This document shows positions 19,163-29,970 of a DNA stretch of 64,000 bases, one piece after another; the first letter of the stretch is position 1; the number at the start of each line of letters is the position of its first letter. Below the pieces are notes generated by a model, which saw only the letters and a program-made list of their open reading frames with translations, was not told the origin of the DNA and ran no database searches. The stretch is taken from assembly GCA_963845145.1 (NCBI GenBank), contig CAWJQU010000005.1, positions 1,184,001 to 1,248,000 on the forward strand, written 5' to 3'. This DNA comes from an uncultured delta proteobacterium. Its GTDB lineage: Bacteria > Desulfobacterota > Desulfobacteria > Desulfobacterales > QNYZ01. The position numbers and the translations under genes were made by a program.

Positions 19163-20185
19163 TTATCCGGTTTTTGTAAAAAATGTCTCAAATGTGTTGA
19201 TAACTTTTTGAACATCCGCGGCACTAATGTCTATATGTGTAACCAGCCGGAATTGACCGCGACCGCTGATGAGAATACCCTGGGTTTTGCAATGGTCCGT
19301 CAATGCGTCAGATCGCTGAGGGTCAAGGGAGAAAAAGAGCATATTGGTTTGAACTTCAGCCGGGTTGATAGCCATTTCGGGAAATTTGGCCAGGCCCTTG
19401 GCGAGAGCGCTTGCATTTTCGTGGTCATCGGCCAGCCGGTCCACATGATTTTCCAGGGCATGGATGCCGGCCGCGGCCAGGATGCCGACCTGGCGCATGC
19501 CGCCACCCAAAACTTTGCGCCAGCGGCGGGCGCGGCGGATAAAATCTTTATTTCCGCATAAAACCGATCCCACCGGCGCACCCAGACCCTTTGAGAGACA
19601 AAACGAGATCGAATCAAACGGGCGGGTGATAACGGCCACAGGCAGGTTAAGCTTGACAGCCGCGTTGAAAATGCGCGCGCCATCCAGGTGCAGGGACAAA
19701 TCGTGCTGGTCGGCAAAGGGGCGTACTTTTTCTAAATAATCAAGCGGCAAGACCTTGCCGTTGTGGGTGTTTTCCAGACATAACAAACGCGTACGGGCAA
19801 AATGGTCATCGATGGGTTTGACCATCGCGGCGACTTTTTTGAGGTCCAATCGGCCATCTGTTTCAAAATGGATGGGTTGGGGCTGAATACTCGCAAGAAT
19901 GGCGCCGCCGCCGCCCTCGAATTTATAGGTATGGGCCTCCTGCCCCACGATATATTCGTCGCCCCGCCGGCAATGACTGAATAGGGCCAACAGGTTGCTC
20001 TGGGTTCCCGAAGAGACAAACAGGGCCGCTTCGGTTCCGATGATTTCAGCAGCCAGTTGTTCCAGGCGATTGACGGTTGGATCTTCACCGTAAACATCGT
20101 CGCCCACTTTAGCCTCAGCCATCACTGCACGCATTGCCGGTGTGGGACAAGTCACCGTATCGCTTCTAAGATCGATAAATGTCAT
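19163..20185 (-). CDS. ltaE: Low-specificity L-threonine aldolase
   Basis: DLRSDTVT, LHLDGAR, CLSKGLGAP. Confidence 0.93.
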   Translation of the reverse strand: MTFIDLRSDTVTCPTPAMRAVMAEAKVGDDVYGEDPTVNRLEQLAAEIIGTEAALFVSSGTQSNLLALFSHCRRGDEYIVGQEAHTYKFEGGGGAILASIQPQPIHFETDGRLDLKKVAAMVKPIDDHFARTRLLCLENTHNGKVLPLDYLEKVRPFADQHDLSLHLDGARIFNAAVKLNLPVAVITRPFDSISFCLSKGLGAPVGSVLCGNKDFIRRARRWRKVLGGGMRQVGILAAAGIHALENHVDRLADDHENASALAKGLAKFPEMAINPAEVQTNMLFFSLDPQRSDALTDHCKTQGILISGRGQFRLVTHIDISAADVQKVINTFETFFTKTG

Positions 20186-20443
20186 GAGAAGATGATTCCT
20201 ATCAATGTTTAACCGTTGACGTAAACAGACCTATTTTAACCAGCATTGATCGAAAATGCTCAAAGTGGGTATTAACAAAAGGGCTGATCGGGTGCAAGCC
20301 GGCAATGAATTGTCTTTTTTGGGTAACATTTAAGCCTATCCCATTTAAATCTGGATAGTTTCAGCGGATTCGTTTAAGAATAATGGTGAAAATCATATTG
20401 AATTCGCCAAAAGTCATCTGAAGTGATGGCACGGGAGGTTCGC

Positions 20444-21502
20444 ATGACAGACATCTATAAAGAGCTGGCCAAGCATCTGGATCATCTTCCGGCAGGTTTT
20501 CCGGCTACGGAGAGTGGGGTGGAGTTGCGTATTCTTAAGCGATTATTTTCGCAGGAAGAAGCGACAATCGCCATGGCGCTCACGATGATGGCCGAAACGC
20601 CTGCGCAGGTCGCTGCCAAACTGAATCGGGATGCGGCTGGGTTTGCACCCATTCTTGAAGAGATGGCGAAAAAAGGACTTATCTTTCGTTCTGCCAAAGG
20701 CGGCGAAACCAAATATAGTGCCGCCCAGTTCGTGGTTGGTATCTGGGAGTACCATGTCAATGACCTGTCTGAAGAGCTGGTTCGGGACATGAATGAGTAT
20801 ATTCCCCATCTGATGAAAAAATCGTGGGTGAAACACGATACCAAACAATTGCGGGTAGTACCTGTATCCAAAAGTGTCTCCGCTGAAATGAAAACGATGC
20901 CCTACGAGCAGGCCGAAGAGATTATCAACAGTCAATCCAAGATTGTGGTGGCACCCTGTATCTGTCGCAAAGAACATGAATTAATCGGAGAAGGGTGCGG
21001 CAAACCCATGGAAGCCTGCCTGGTTTTCGGGGCCGGTGCCTATTATTACGAGGAAAATGAGCTGGGACGCACCATCTCACAGGATGAAGCCCGGGCAATT
21101 TTAACCCAGGGGCTGGAAGCGGGACTGGTTTTACAGCCGGGCAATTCCCGGAAGCCATCCAATATTTGCCTCTGTTGCGGTTGTTGCTGTCAGATCTTAA
21201 AAAACCTCAGGACCCTGGATGCGCCGGCCAAAGTCGTGTCTACGAATTGGGTCGCCGGCGTGGATGAAGCGCTTTGCACCGCTTGTGAAGTCTGTGTGGA
21301 CCGGTGCCAGATGGATGCCATTACCATTGACGATTTTGCCCATGTAGACCCGGACCGCTGCATCGGATGTGGGTTGTGTGTACCCTCCTGCGATTTTGAC
21401 GCCATGACCCTGTTCGAAAAAGAACATGACGAACGCTATGTGCCGCCGCGTAATACGGTGGCCACCTACCTGAATTTAGCCAAAGAGCGGGGCTTGATGT
21501 AG
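20444..21502 (+). CDS. 4Fe-4S dicluster-domain protein with N-terminal winged helix
   Basis: CICR, ICLCCGCCC and two CxxCxxCxxxC motifs; GGAGG RBS. Confidence 0.85.
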   Translation: MTDIYKELAKHLDHLPAGFPATESGVELRILKRLFSQEEATIAMALTMMAETPAQVAAKLNRDAAGFAPILEEMAKKGLIFRSAKGGETKYSAAQFVVGIWEYHVNDLSEELVRDMNEYIPHLMKKSWVKHDTKQLRVVPVSKSVSAEMKTMPYEQAEEIINSQSKIVVAPCICRKEHELIGEGCGKPMEACLVFGAGAYYYEENELGRTISQDEARAILTQGLEAGLVLQPGNSRKPSNICLCCGCCCQILKNLRTLDAPAKVVSTNWVAGVDEALCTACEVCVDRCQMDAITIDDFAHVDPDRCIGCGLCVPSCDFDAMTLFEKEHDERYVPPRNTVATYLNLAKERGLM

Positions 21503-21664
21503 GGCGGAGGCAAGAATCGTTAATTTGCAATTATGAATTACGGCCCTATGTTTCGCCGATATTGACATTAACCGCTATGCGCTGATGGCTGAATGCGCCT
21601 ATTTGCGCATACCTTCTGGGGGCGACCCCTTTATTCGCGCCAACCAAATTGAAAGAATTTAAAG

Positions 21665-23398
21665 ATGACAGGTAAGGAACTGGTCGTTAAAGCGCTTAAA
21701 GACAAAGGCGTTCGATACGTCTTTGGTTATACCGGTGGTGCCATCATGCCGGTGTTAGACGAAATAGAAAAGCAAAAGGTCTTCACTTTTATCATGTCGC
21801 GACACGAACAGGGCGCCGCTTTTATGGCCCAGGGCGTATCGCGGGCATCGATTTCCACAGCCCGGCCCCAAGTCGGGGTGTGCATGGCCACCTCGGGACC
21901 GGGCGCAATGAATCTTGTGACCGGGATTGCGGATGCTATCATGGACTCCGTGCCGGTGGTCGCCATCACCGGCCAGGTTGCCTCCGGGGTAATTGCCACC
22001 GATGCCTTTCAGGAGAGTGATGTGGTGGGTGTCATGATGCCGTTGACCAAACAGGCCTACATGCCGCTATCGGCGGAAAAGATCGAAAAGACCATTCATG
22101 AGGCATTTTACCTGGCCGCCACGGGCCGGGGGGGACCGGTGGTCATCGATATCCCCAAAGATGTTCAGTCTCAAGCGACGGATGATACGTATTCGTTTGC
22201 CGCGGATACGTATGAGCCGGACCTGCCCGGTTTTTATTACTCACCAAATCCGGATCGTGACAAAATAAGAAAAGCGGTAAGTTTGATCAATAAAAGCGAA
22301 CGGCCGATGATTCTCTGCGGCCATGGTGTGATTACCGGTAATGCCGGTGCTGATCTTCAACAATTTGCCGAAAAAACAAATATTCCCATTGCATTCACCC
22401 TTCATGGGCTATCTGCCGTACCGGCCGATCACCCCTTAAGCCTTGGGATGGCGGGGATGCACGGGACAGTGGAGGCGAACCGATGCTTGGTCGGCGCGGA
22501 TTTGATTATTGCCTTGGGGATGCGTTTTGATGACCGGGTAACGGGGAATTTAGACGAATTCGGTCGGCAGGCCGATATTATTCACATCGAAATCGATGCA
22601 TCCGAAATCGACAAAAACGTTGCCACGAGTGTGGCCATCAATGCCGGTACATCGGAATCCTTGAAAGTTCTGATTAAAGATCCCGAACTGATACCCAACC
22701 CACATGCCTACTGGTTCGACCAGATTGCGCAGTATCGCCGTGAGATCGCGGCAGATATCCAGAAAGAGATGGATGGCGGCCTGGGTAAAGCGTCTCAATT
22801 GTTAATGAAGTCAATTGTCGGATCTCTCTCAAAAGTCACCGGAGGCAAGGATATTATCGTTTCCGATGTCGGTCAGCACCAGATGATTCTGGCCCGGTTT
22901 TACAATTTTCAGACGCCCAACAGCTGGTTTACCTCCGGCGGGGCCGGTACCATGGGGTGCGCGCTTCCCATGGCCATCGGCGTTAAGCTGGTCCGTCCCG
23001 GCGAACGGGTATGGTCGATCAGTGGCGACGGGGGATTTCAAATGAATATTCAGGAGCTTGGCGCCATCATGGAACATGAGGTTGATATCAAAATCCTCCT
23101 GTTTAACAACGGTTATCTGGGGATGGTGCGGCAATGGCAAACCCTGTTTTTCGACGGGCGCTATGCCGGTACCCCTATGAAAAATCCAAATTTCGGTGCC
23201 ATTGCCGGTGCGTATGGAATTCCCTTTCAAAAGGTGGAAACGTTGGATGCTGTCGAGGGTGCCCTTCGGACGGCGGCAGAACACGATGGTGCCTATATGG
23301 TCGAATTTATATGCGATCCGAGTGAAATTGTTCTGCCGATGGTTCCGGCGGGTGCCGGGGTCGGCGAGATGATCCTGTCGGTCGACGATCCGGATTGA
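21665..23398 (+). CDS. ilvB: Acetolactate synthase large subunit
   Basis: RHEQGA, TSGPGA, RFDDRVTG, GDGGFQMN, LGMVRQWQ. Confidence 0.95.
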   Translation: MTGKELVVKALKDKGVRYVFGYTGGAIMPVLDEIEKQKVFTFIMSRHEQGAAFMAQGVSRASISTARPQVGVCMATSGPGAMNLVTGIADAIMDSVPVVAITGQVASGVIATDAFQESDVVGVMMPLTKQAYMPLSAEKIEKTIHEAFYLAATGRGGPVVIDIPKDVQSQATDDTYSFAADTYEPDLPGFYYSPNPDRDKIRKAVSLINKSERPMILCGHGVITGNAGADLQQFAEKTNIPIAFTLHGLSAVPADHPLSLGMAGMHGTVEANRCLVGADLIIALGMRFDDRVTGNLDEFGRQADIIHIEIDASEIDKNVATSVAINAGTSESLKVLIKDPELIPNPHAYWFDQIAQYRREIAADIQKEMDGGLGKASQLLMKSIVGSLSKVTGGKDIIVSDVGQHQMILARFYNFQTPNSWFTSGGAGTMGCALPMAIGVKLVRPGERVWSISGDGGFQMNIQELGAIMEHEVDIKILLFNNGYLGMVRQWQTLFFDGRYAGTPMKNPNFGAIAGAYGIPFQKVETLDAVEGALRTAAEHDGAYMVEFICDPSEIVLPMVPAGAGVGEMILSVDDPD

Positions 23399-23524
23399 TT
23401 TTCGGTATCAGCGGGGTCGATACGGCACTGTAAGTTGGCGCCTTGGATTCACATCAACAATAAAATCCTTTACCAAATAGCGGGGCGATTATTTCCCGCT
23501 TAGGGCAATACAACGGAGCGATGA

Positions 23525-24016
23525 ATGTCGGCGTTGAAGAAAACGAAAAGGCGGGCCATCCTGGTGTTCGTTCAGAATCGCCAGGGCGTCCTCAATAAAA
23601 TTTCGATGTTAATCCGTCGCAAGATGTACAATGTTGAAACCATCACGGCCTGTAAAACCCATCTGCGGCCGAAAATCAGCCGCCTCACGATCACCCTGAG
23701 GGAGGATCGGGATGATAAGATGAAGCAGGTCATCAAGCAGATCGAAAAGGTGACAGAGGTGATTTCGGCCAAAGAGCTCGATATCGATCAGAGTTTCTGG
23801 CGGGAAGTGGCCATGGTAAAGACCGAAGCGGATGTTTCCCATATTGAACGACTGGGAGATAAATTTAATTTTGACGTTCTCCACAGGCAGAACCACGGCC
23901 GTTTTATTGTTCAGATTGCCGGGACCTCCAAAGAGATCGACGACTTTCTGCACGAACTCGGCCGGGAAAAGATCGTTGAAGTGGCCCGATCCGGTTTTAC
24001 CGCAATAGAAAAGTAA
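23525..24016 (+). CDS. ilvN: Acetolactate synthase small subunit
   Basis: ACT domain NRQGVL, KQIEK, EVARSG. Confidence 0.9.
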   Translation: MSALKKTKRRAILVFVQNRQGVLNKISMLIRRKMYNVETITACKTHLRPKISRLTITLREDRDDKMKQVIKQIEKVTEVISAKELDIDQSFWREVAMVKTEADVSHIERLGDKFNFDVLHRQNHGRFIVQIAGTSKEIDDFLHELGREKIVEVARSGFTAIEK

Positions 24017-24031
24017 TCACCCTAAACGACC

Positions 24032-25399
24032 TTAATTTATTTGCGATTGAATTTCAGCGACATCAATCTCATACTTTTTTATCTTGTAATGAATTGATCT
24101 TCGACTGATTCCCAAAAGGTCTGCGGCCTTTTTTTGAACCCCTCGGGTTTCCTTGAGGGCGCGCACGATCGTGTTTCGTTCAATGGCATCCAAAGATAAT
24201 GGTTCCTGATCGGGCAACACCTCCTGGGACAGTTCCGGGAGACCGGCGAGATGCAGGTCTTCGATTTTTAAGACATTATTTTGGCATATAACGGCGCCTG
24301 CTTCTAAGGCGTTTTTAAGTTCGCGAATATTTCCCGGCCAGGGGTAATCGCAAAGCCATCGAATGGTTTCAGGTGGAATCTTAATCGAAGGCATTTTGTT
24401 TTTTTCTAAAAATTTCGTTATGAAAAACCACGCCAAGTCGGGAATATCTTCCTTGCGCTCCCGAAGCGACGGCATTTTTAAGGTGACCACACGCAGACGA
24501 TAGTACAGATCCTCTCGGAACTTGCCTGATTTAATGTCATCGCTAAGGTTCGAATTTGTGGCGGAAATAATTCGGCAATCCACGGTCGTTTTGGTCAACT
24601 CTCCAATGCGTCTAATTTTGTAATCTTCAAGAAACCGAAGCAGGCGTGTCTGCATTTCGGGGGAAATGTTTCCGATTTCATCCAAAAACAGCGTACCTTG
24701 ATCCGCCGCTTCAATCAGTCCTCTTTTATCATTGACGGCAGAGGTAAAGGATCCCTTCACATGGCCGAACAGCTCGCTTTCTAGTAGCCCGGTGGGGGTT
24801 GAACCACAGTCAACGACAGCAAAGGGAAATTGTTTGCGTGAACTGATTTGATGAATGCCGCGAGCAACGTATTCTTTTCCTGTGCCGCTTTCTCCAAGTA
24901 TGAGCAGATTAACGTCGCTGGAGGCGACTTTCTTAATGAGACTATACAAATCCTTCATGGCAGCGCTTTTGGTGACCATCGAAAAGGCGTTTCCGGTCAA
25001 AGGCGCTTCACCTTTTTCGGCAGGTGTTGTTTTTTTCGCAATAATATCGTTTAATTTTTTGACAAGTTCGCGGCCGTCAAAGGGTTTCACCAGATAATCG
25101 ACGGCGCCGGCTTTGACGGCCCGGACCGCATCGGGAATCGTGCCATAAGCTGTTAGGAAAAGTACCGGGAGGCTTGGATCAATGGTTTGCAATTCAGCGA
25201 AAAGATCCATCCCCCCCATATTCGGCATTTTCATATCCGATATGACCACAGCCACACGATGCGTTTTGATATAATCAAGCGCTTTTTGGGCGTTATTCGC
25301 TTTGATAACGTTGAATCCGGCCGAAGAAAGACGTGCATTTAATACTTCTAGAACATTTCGGTCATCATCGACAACCAGTATTCTTTGTTTTGAACTCAA
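24032..25399 (-). CDS. Sigma-54-dependent response regulator (NtrC/GlrR-like)
   Basis: REC domain, GESGTGKE, GSFTSA, LFLDEIG, WPGNIREL, Fis HTH. Confidence 0.93.
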   Translation of the reverse strand: MSSKQRILVVDDDRNVLEVLNARLSSAGFNVIKANNAQKALDYIKTHRVAVVISDMKMPNMGGMDLFAELQTIDPSLPVLFLTAYGTIPDAVRAVKAGAVDYLVKPFDGRELVKKLNDIIAKKTTPAEKGEAPLTGNAFSMVTKSAAMKDLYSLIKKVASSDVNLLILGESGTGKEYVARGIHQISSRKQFPFAVVDCGSTPTGLLESELFGHVKGSFTSAVNDKRGLIEAADQGTLFLDEIGNISPEMQTRLLRFLEDYKIRRIGELTKTTVDCRIISATNSNLSDDIKSGKFREDLYYRLRVVTLKMPSLRERKEDIPDLAWFFITKFLEKNKMPSIKIPPETIRWLCDYPWPGNIRELKNALEAGAVICQNNVLKIEDLHLAGLPELSQEVLPDQEPLSLDAIERNTIVRALKETRGVQKKAADLLGISRRSIHYKIKKYEIDVAEIQSQIN

Positions 25400-26043
25400 A
25401 ATAATTTCCTGTGTTGGGTGGGGTTCTTTTTTTCCTGAATTTTTTGATCAATTTCCTCAATGGATTTTATTTTATTTTTTAACGTTTTTGCCTCGGCCTT
25501 GATTGCTTTGATTTTCTGATTTAACCGATCAATTTCTTCGTCCCTGAGGTTTATACTTTCCCGATATTGATAGGCACATTTCACATCTATTTCCGCTTTC
25601 GATTTATCTTCTTCCTGGTCCTGTGGTCCGATATGTTTTAGCAAAACCGACAAAACTTTAAACTCGCTAGTTCCAAGTTGTACAGGTTCGGATTCTGCCA
25701 GCGCCTCTAAACGCTTCACAGCCGCTCTAAACTCTTTTGAGGTATCGGTCAAAATCAATTGTGTACAATTAAAAGCAAACTGCGCTTTTTTCGAAAGATC
25801 TGAATCGTCGCTTTGCAGACTCAACTTGAAAAGATTAGAAGCTTGTTTAAAATCTTCGCGGAAAAAAGCCTTGTAGCCATTTTCAAGTGATTGTTTTTTG
25901 GTCACATCCGAAACGCTGATATTTTTTTGAACATCAACAACTTTTAGGGGGCCACAACCTGAAATAACAATGATAGCAATAAGAAGCGTGAACCATTTTA
26001 ACCGATAGAATTTTAGATTGAGATGTTGTATTTTTTTCATGAT
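25396..26043 (-). CDS. Predicted lipoprotein with C-terminal coiled coil (QseG-like position)
   Basis: Lipobox VISGC; coiled coil ending KIKSIEEID; sits between kinase and regulator. Confidence 0.7.
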   Translation of the reverse strand: MMKKIQHLNLKFYRLKWFTLLIAIIVISGCGPLKVVDVQKNISVSDVTKKQSLENGYKAFFREDFKQASNLFKLSLQSDDSDLSKKAQFAFNCTQLILTDTSKEFRAAVKRLEALAESEPVQLGTSEFKVLSVLLKHIGPQDQEEDKSKAEIDVKCAYQYRESINLRDEEIDRLNQKIKAIKAEAKTLKNKIKSIEEIDQKIQEKKNPTQHRKLF

Positions 26044-26054
26044 ATTTTTATCTA

Positions 26055-27497
26055 TTACTCCGCTTGAGAGAGCGTGAAGAAAAAAGTACTTCCTTTTCCG
26101 GGCACGCTCGTCACCCATATTTTACCGCCGTGGGACGCTATAATCTGTTTGGATATGTTTAAACCGAGACCGACTCCGTCCAGATGATCCCTTATTTCCT
26201 TGGCCCGATAATATTTGTTGAATATCAATTCCTGTTCCGACTTGGAAATGCCGCGTCCATTGTCTGAAATTTGGTAGAGAACTTGTCTATTGGTTGCGTT
26301 ATTTTTGATGCTTACTTGAATTTTACAGCCTTGTTTAGAAAACTTAATGGCATTTCCCAATAGATTAATCATGACTTGTTTGAGTTGCTTAAAATCGCCC
26401 AAAATTTTTGGTATTCCGGGCGGAATAATTAGATCTATATGAATCCCTTTGGATTTTGCCACCGGATTGAACTGATCGATACTCCGAATAACAAAGTTCA
26501 ACGGGTCCAACGGAGAGGGCGCGGCTTTTACTGGCATTTCTCCTAACCGTGACACATGCATCAAGTGATTTAATAATTCACAGATGCGGCCAATCTCCAC
26601 ACTTGCAATTTTAAGAAATTTGGTTTGCCTGGGATTGGTTGGTCCCATAACCTTTTCGGCAATTAAATTGACGGATTCACGGATGGAAGTCAGGGGCGTT
26701 CTGATTTCATGGCTCAAGGTCGTAATAAAGTCAGACCGCATGAGTTCTTCTTCTCTTAACTGCTTGGCCATTTCATTAAAAGCGGTTGCCAGTTCACCAA
26801 ATTCATCCTTGGAAAGGATATCTATCGAAGGGCTATAGCGATCTGTGGTAATTGATCGAATGCCCTTACGGAGTTCTTGAAGGGGTCGAATCATCGATCG
26901 TGCAATAAATAGAATCCAAATTAAACCGACTAAAATAGAGATGACCAGTCCGGTTAAGCCGTATCGAAGCGCTCGTCGCCCCCATTCATTCAGCTCGATG
27001 TTTGCTAAAATAATATTCTGTTCGTTTTCTAAGCGGGCCGCGTTGAGGGTTTCAATCCATTGGTTAATCACACCTTCGGATATCCATAAGGTGTGTGCTG
27101 ATTCATATTCAGACGGAGATCCAAGCGATTCCGCAACTTCAGAATAACTTTTATAAAACGCCCGCCACGTATCGGATACCGTAAACTCGGGCGATTCAAG
27201 CCGTATAATATCATCGAGGTCTGATTCGAAGGCTTTTTGAGCCGTAATAAAAAATTCCAGATAGTCCTTTTTCTTTAATAAGAAATATTTTTTTTCATTT
27301 TCCTCCATATTAAAAAGGCTTTCGATCATCTTTTTGGAAGCGGATGAGATCTTATGGTGCTTGTTAATAATATCGTCGGATAAACGCAACATTTGGCGTA
27401 CATCCAGATAGAGAATAAAAAGGGTGCCATAAAATATTAAGATAAAAATGGCATATGATAAAAACAGTTTTCCGACAACGCCTAAGCCTGGTTTCAT
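26055..27497 (-). CDS. HAMP-domain sensor histidine kinase (GlrK/QseE-like)
   Basis: 2 TM, HAMP, SHEIRTPL, NLLGNAIKF, DNGRG, GLGL. Confidence 0.92.
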   Translation of the reverse strand: MKPGLGVVGKLFLSYAIFILIFYGTLFILYLDVRQMLRLSDDIINKHHKISSASKKMIESLFNMEENEKKYFLLKKKDYLEFFITAQKAFESDLDDIIRLESPEFTVSDTWRAFYKSYSEVAESLGSPSEYESAHTLWISEGVINQWIETLNAARLENEQNIILANIELNEWGRRALRYGLTGLVISILVGLIWILFIARSMIRPLQELRKGIRSITTDRYSPSIDILSKDEFGELATAFNEMAKQLREEELMRSDFITTLSHEIRTPLTSIRESVNLIAEKVMGPTNPRQTKFLKIASVEIGRICELLNHLMHVSRLGEMPVKAAPSPLDPLNFVIRSIDQFNPVAKSKGIHIDLIIPPGIPKILGDFKQLKQVMINLLGNAIKFSKQGCKIQVSIKNNATNRQVLYQISDNGRGISKSEQELIFNKYYRAKEIRDHLDGVGLGLNISKQIIASHGGKIWVTSVPGKGSTFFFTLSQAE

Positions 27498-27748
27498 TCC
27501 GGTCTCTACGCTATAAATTCAAACCATTAATTTTCTGACACTTTTTAAAGCATGGGATTTCATACCTATCCTAATCTATGCCCGACCAGCCCAGGCGATG
27601 TCAAGGATCAAGTCGCCAACCCTATGAAAGTAGGTTTTTTAATCTGCGCAATTATCGTAACCGCCTGGGAAGATCTGGTAACGATAACGACTTTTGCGCC
27701 AAACTCTAAAAATACGGATTCTATTGATATTTCTATCAGATATCTAAA

Positions 27749-27764
27749 TGGCACAGGTTTTGCT
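27749..27764 (+). promoter_or_regulatory. Sigma-54 (-24/-12) promoter
   Basis: TGGCACAGGTTTTGCT = TGGCAC-N5-TTGC, divergent from an enhancer-binding two-component system. Confidence 0.8.
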
Positions 27765-28183
27765 TAGGCCAAGCCAAGATCTAAGCAATATCAAAACAAT
27801 GTCACGGCAATGGTAAGGCGGTAGCAAGACAATAACAAGACAATAACATCCGGTCCCTTTATCCGTATGTGTTTACAAAAGAGCGTAGTTTTGGCTTCAA
27901 AAGCCGGAAATGGGGTTTAGCCAAATAGGGCAATCGTGGTCAGGGAATTCCAAAAAAAGTGATGAGCCGTTAAATGTATAAGTTGGCATACGGGTATTTT
28001 TAAAGTGCCGGAATGCCGTGAGCGGACCTTGGAAAGGGTTTTAAAAACAACTATGGCGAAAGGGGGTGAATAAAACATCAGAAACCGGATAGGAAAAAAT
28101 CAAGCAGGATAGTACTATGCAGAATAGGAACAAATAGGATAGTAGAAAAGTTAACCAAATCATAATAAAAAGGAAACCGAGAA

Positions 28184-28465
28184 ATGAAACTGAGAAAACA
28201 CTTATCTAAACTTGTCTTTGTAACCTTGATCCTTTCACTCATTGCGGGAACCGCCATAGCCGGCAAAGATATGACAACCATCAAAGGGGTCGTTGAGAAA
28301 ACAGAAGCCGGGTTCGTCATTACAACCGACAAAGGTGAATATACCGCCGAGGGTGCGGATTTAGCGCCGATGGTGGGAAAGACCGTTGAGGCCACGGGCA
28401 AAGTCGCTGAAAGTGATTCAGGGATGGTCATTAAAGTGCTGGCGGTTAAAGAAGTAAAGATGTAA
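28184..28465 (+). CDS. Small exported beta-rich (OB-fold-like) protein
   Basis: Signal peptide ending AIA; GKTVEATG pattern; AAGGA RBS. Confidence 0.75.
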   Translation: MKLRKHLSKLVFVTLILSLIAGTAIAGKDMTTIKGVVEKTEAGFVITTDKGEYTAEGADLAPMVGKTVEATGKVAESDSGMVIKVLAVKEVKM

Positions 28466-28702
28466 GCAGCGCCGCACTATTGATTTTATCAAAACGGTTT
28501 TTCTAAAAAACCGTCGCCCTGCCGGCGATAAGACAAGGATTGTCGAACGTAAAAGCTGGCAGGGCCAGATAAAATCTGAAGTGGTTTTAAACCTTGTCTC
28601 AATGTGGTCAATAGGGTCTAAATGTAGTCAATCAGTTTGCCGGCCGATATATCAACCAATTATGTGCCAATCAAAAGTGGTGCTGCCTGCCTTCTGAAAC
28701 CG

Positions 28703-29908
28703 TTATTCATTTTCGATCAGCATTGACATACCCATACCGCCACCCACACAAAGCGTAGCAAGCCCTAATGATAGGGCACGCGCTTTCATCTCGTTTAAAA
28801 GCGTAATAACGATGCGGGTACCGGTACATCCCACCGGATGTCCAAGCCCGATACCGGAACCGTTCACATTGGTAATATCCCGATTTAAATCCAGCTCTTT
28901 TTCACAGGCAATGTATTGGGCGGCAAACGCTTCGTTGACCTCAATCAGCTCGATGTCGGACATTTTGATATCGGTTTTTTTGAACAGTTTACGGGTAGCC
29001 GGCACCGGCCCGATACCCATTAAACGAGGGTCACAACCTGATACCGCATGGGCTTTGATTTTTGCCAGTACGGGCAACCCCAGTTCATTCGCTTTACGTC
29101 TGCCGGCGATAAGACAGATTGCCGCACCATCGTTAAGCCCGGATGCATTTCCAACGGTTACACTCCCTTTTTTATCAAACGCCGGTGCCAGGCGAGAAAG
29201 ATCTTCCATGGTTAACCCTGGACGGACGTGTTCATCGGTATCGAATAGAAGCGGATCGCCTTTGGGCATAGGGATAGAAACGGGAATGATTTCATTTTTA
29301 AACTTGCCCTGGTTCATCGCGGCCTCGGCATTGTGATGACTTCGCAAGGCAACAACATCCTGCTCTTCCCGCGATATCCGGTATTTTTGGGCCAGGTTTT
29401 CTGCGGTTTGCCCCATGATATAACCGGGCGGATCCAGAACGGTTGACCCTGAGTGCAGCATTTCCCACATTGAATCCATCATCACACCATGCTTTAGCCG
29501 GGTTCCCCAGCGAGCGGTGGGCAAGCAATAAAAAGCATTGGACATACTCTCAACACCGCCGGCAATAATTAAATCCGCATCTCCAAGACGAATACGGTCG
29601 CTGGCCTGGGCCAAGGCCTCCATGGCGCTGGCGCATTGGCGCTGGATCGTAACGGCGGGCACATGCTCGGGTATGCCGGCTGCCAGGGCCGTGGTCCGGG
29701 CGGTAGTCGCTTCATCAGGACACTGCATGCAATCTCCTAAGATCACGTCGTCCAGCAGGCCAGGGTCCAGATCAGGGACTCCGGACAAGACACCTTGAAT
29801 GATCTGGGCGCCCAGTTGGTGAGCCCGTAAATGTTTCAACCCTCCCCCAAAATCACCGATAGCACTACGGCCCATGGCAACGATGACAGCATCACTACTT
29901 GATTTCAT
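28703..29908 (-). CDS. Acetyl-CoA C-acyltransferase (thiolase)
   Basis: RQCAS, NEAFAAQ, GHPVG, CVGGGMG. Confidence 0.95.
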   Translation of the reverse strand: MKSSSDAVIVAMGRSAIGDFGGGLKHLRAHQLGAQIIQGVLSGVPDLDPGLLDDVILGDCMQCPDEATTARTTALAAGIPEHVPAVTIQRQCASAMEALAQASDRIRLGDADLIIAGGVESMSNAFYCLPTARWGTRLKHGVMMDSMWEMLHSGSTVLDPPGYIMGQTAENLAQKYRISREEQDVVALRSHHNAEAAMNQGKFKNEIIPVSIPMPKGDPLLFDTDEHVRPGLTMEDLSRLAPAFDKKGSVTVGNASGLNDGAAICLIAGRRKANELGLPVLAKIKAHAVSGCDPRLMGIGPVPATRKLFKKTDIKMSDIELIEVNEAFAAQYIACEKELDLNRDITNVNGSGIGLGHPVGCTGTRIVITLLNEMKARALSLGLATLCVGGGMGMSMLIENE

Positions 29909-29970
29909 TTTTCAATCTCCTAACCCGGTTCGTATCATTATCGAATAATTTTAAACTGGTAGCCGTGCGG

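Noticed and set aside
21503..21664. Leader-peptide attenuator upstream of ilvB
   Set aside because: No Ile/Leu/Val-rich leader and no terminator with a clear U-tract.
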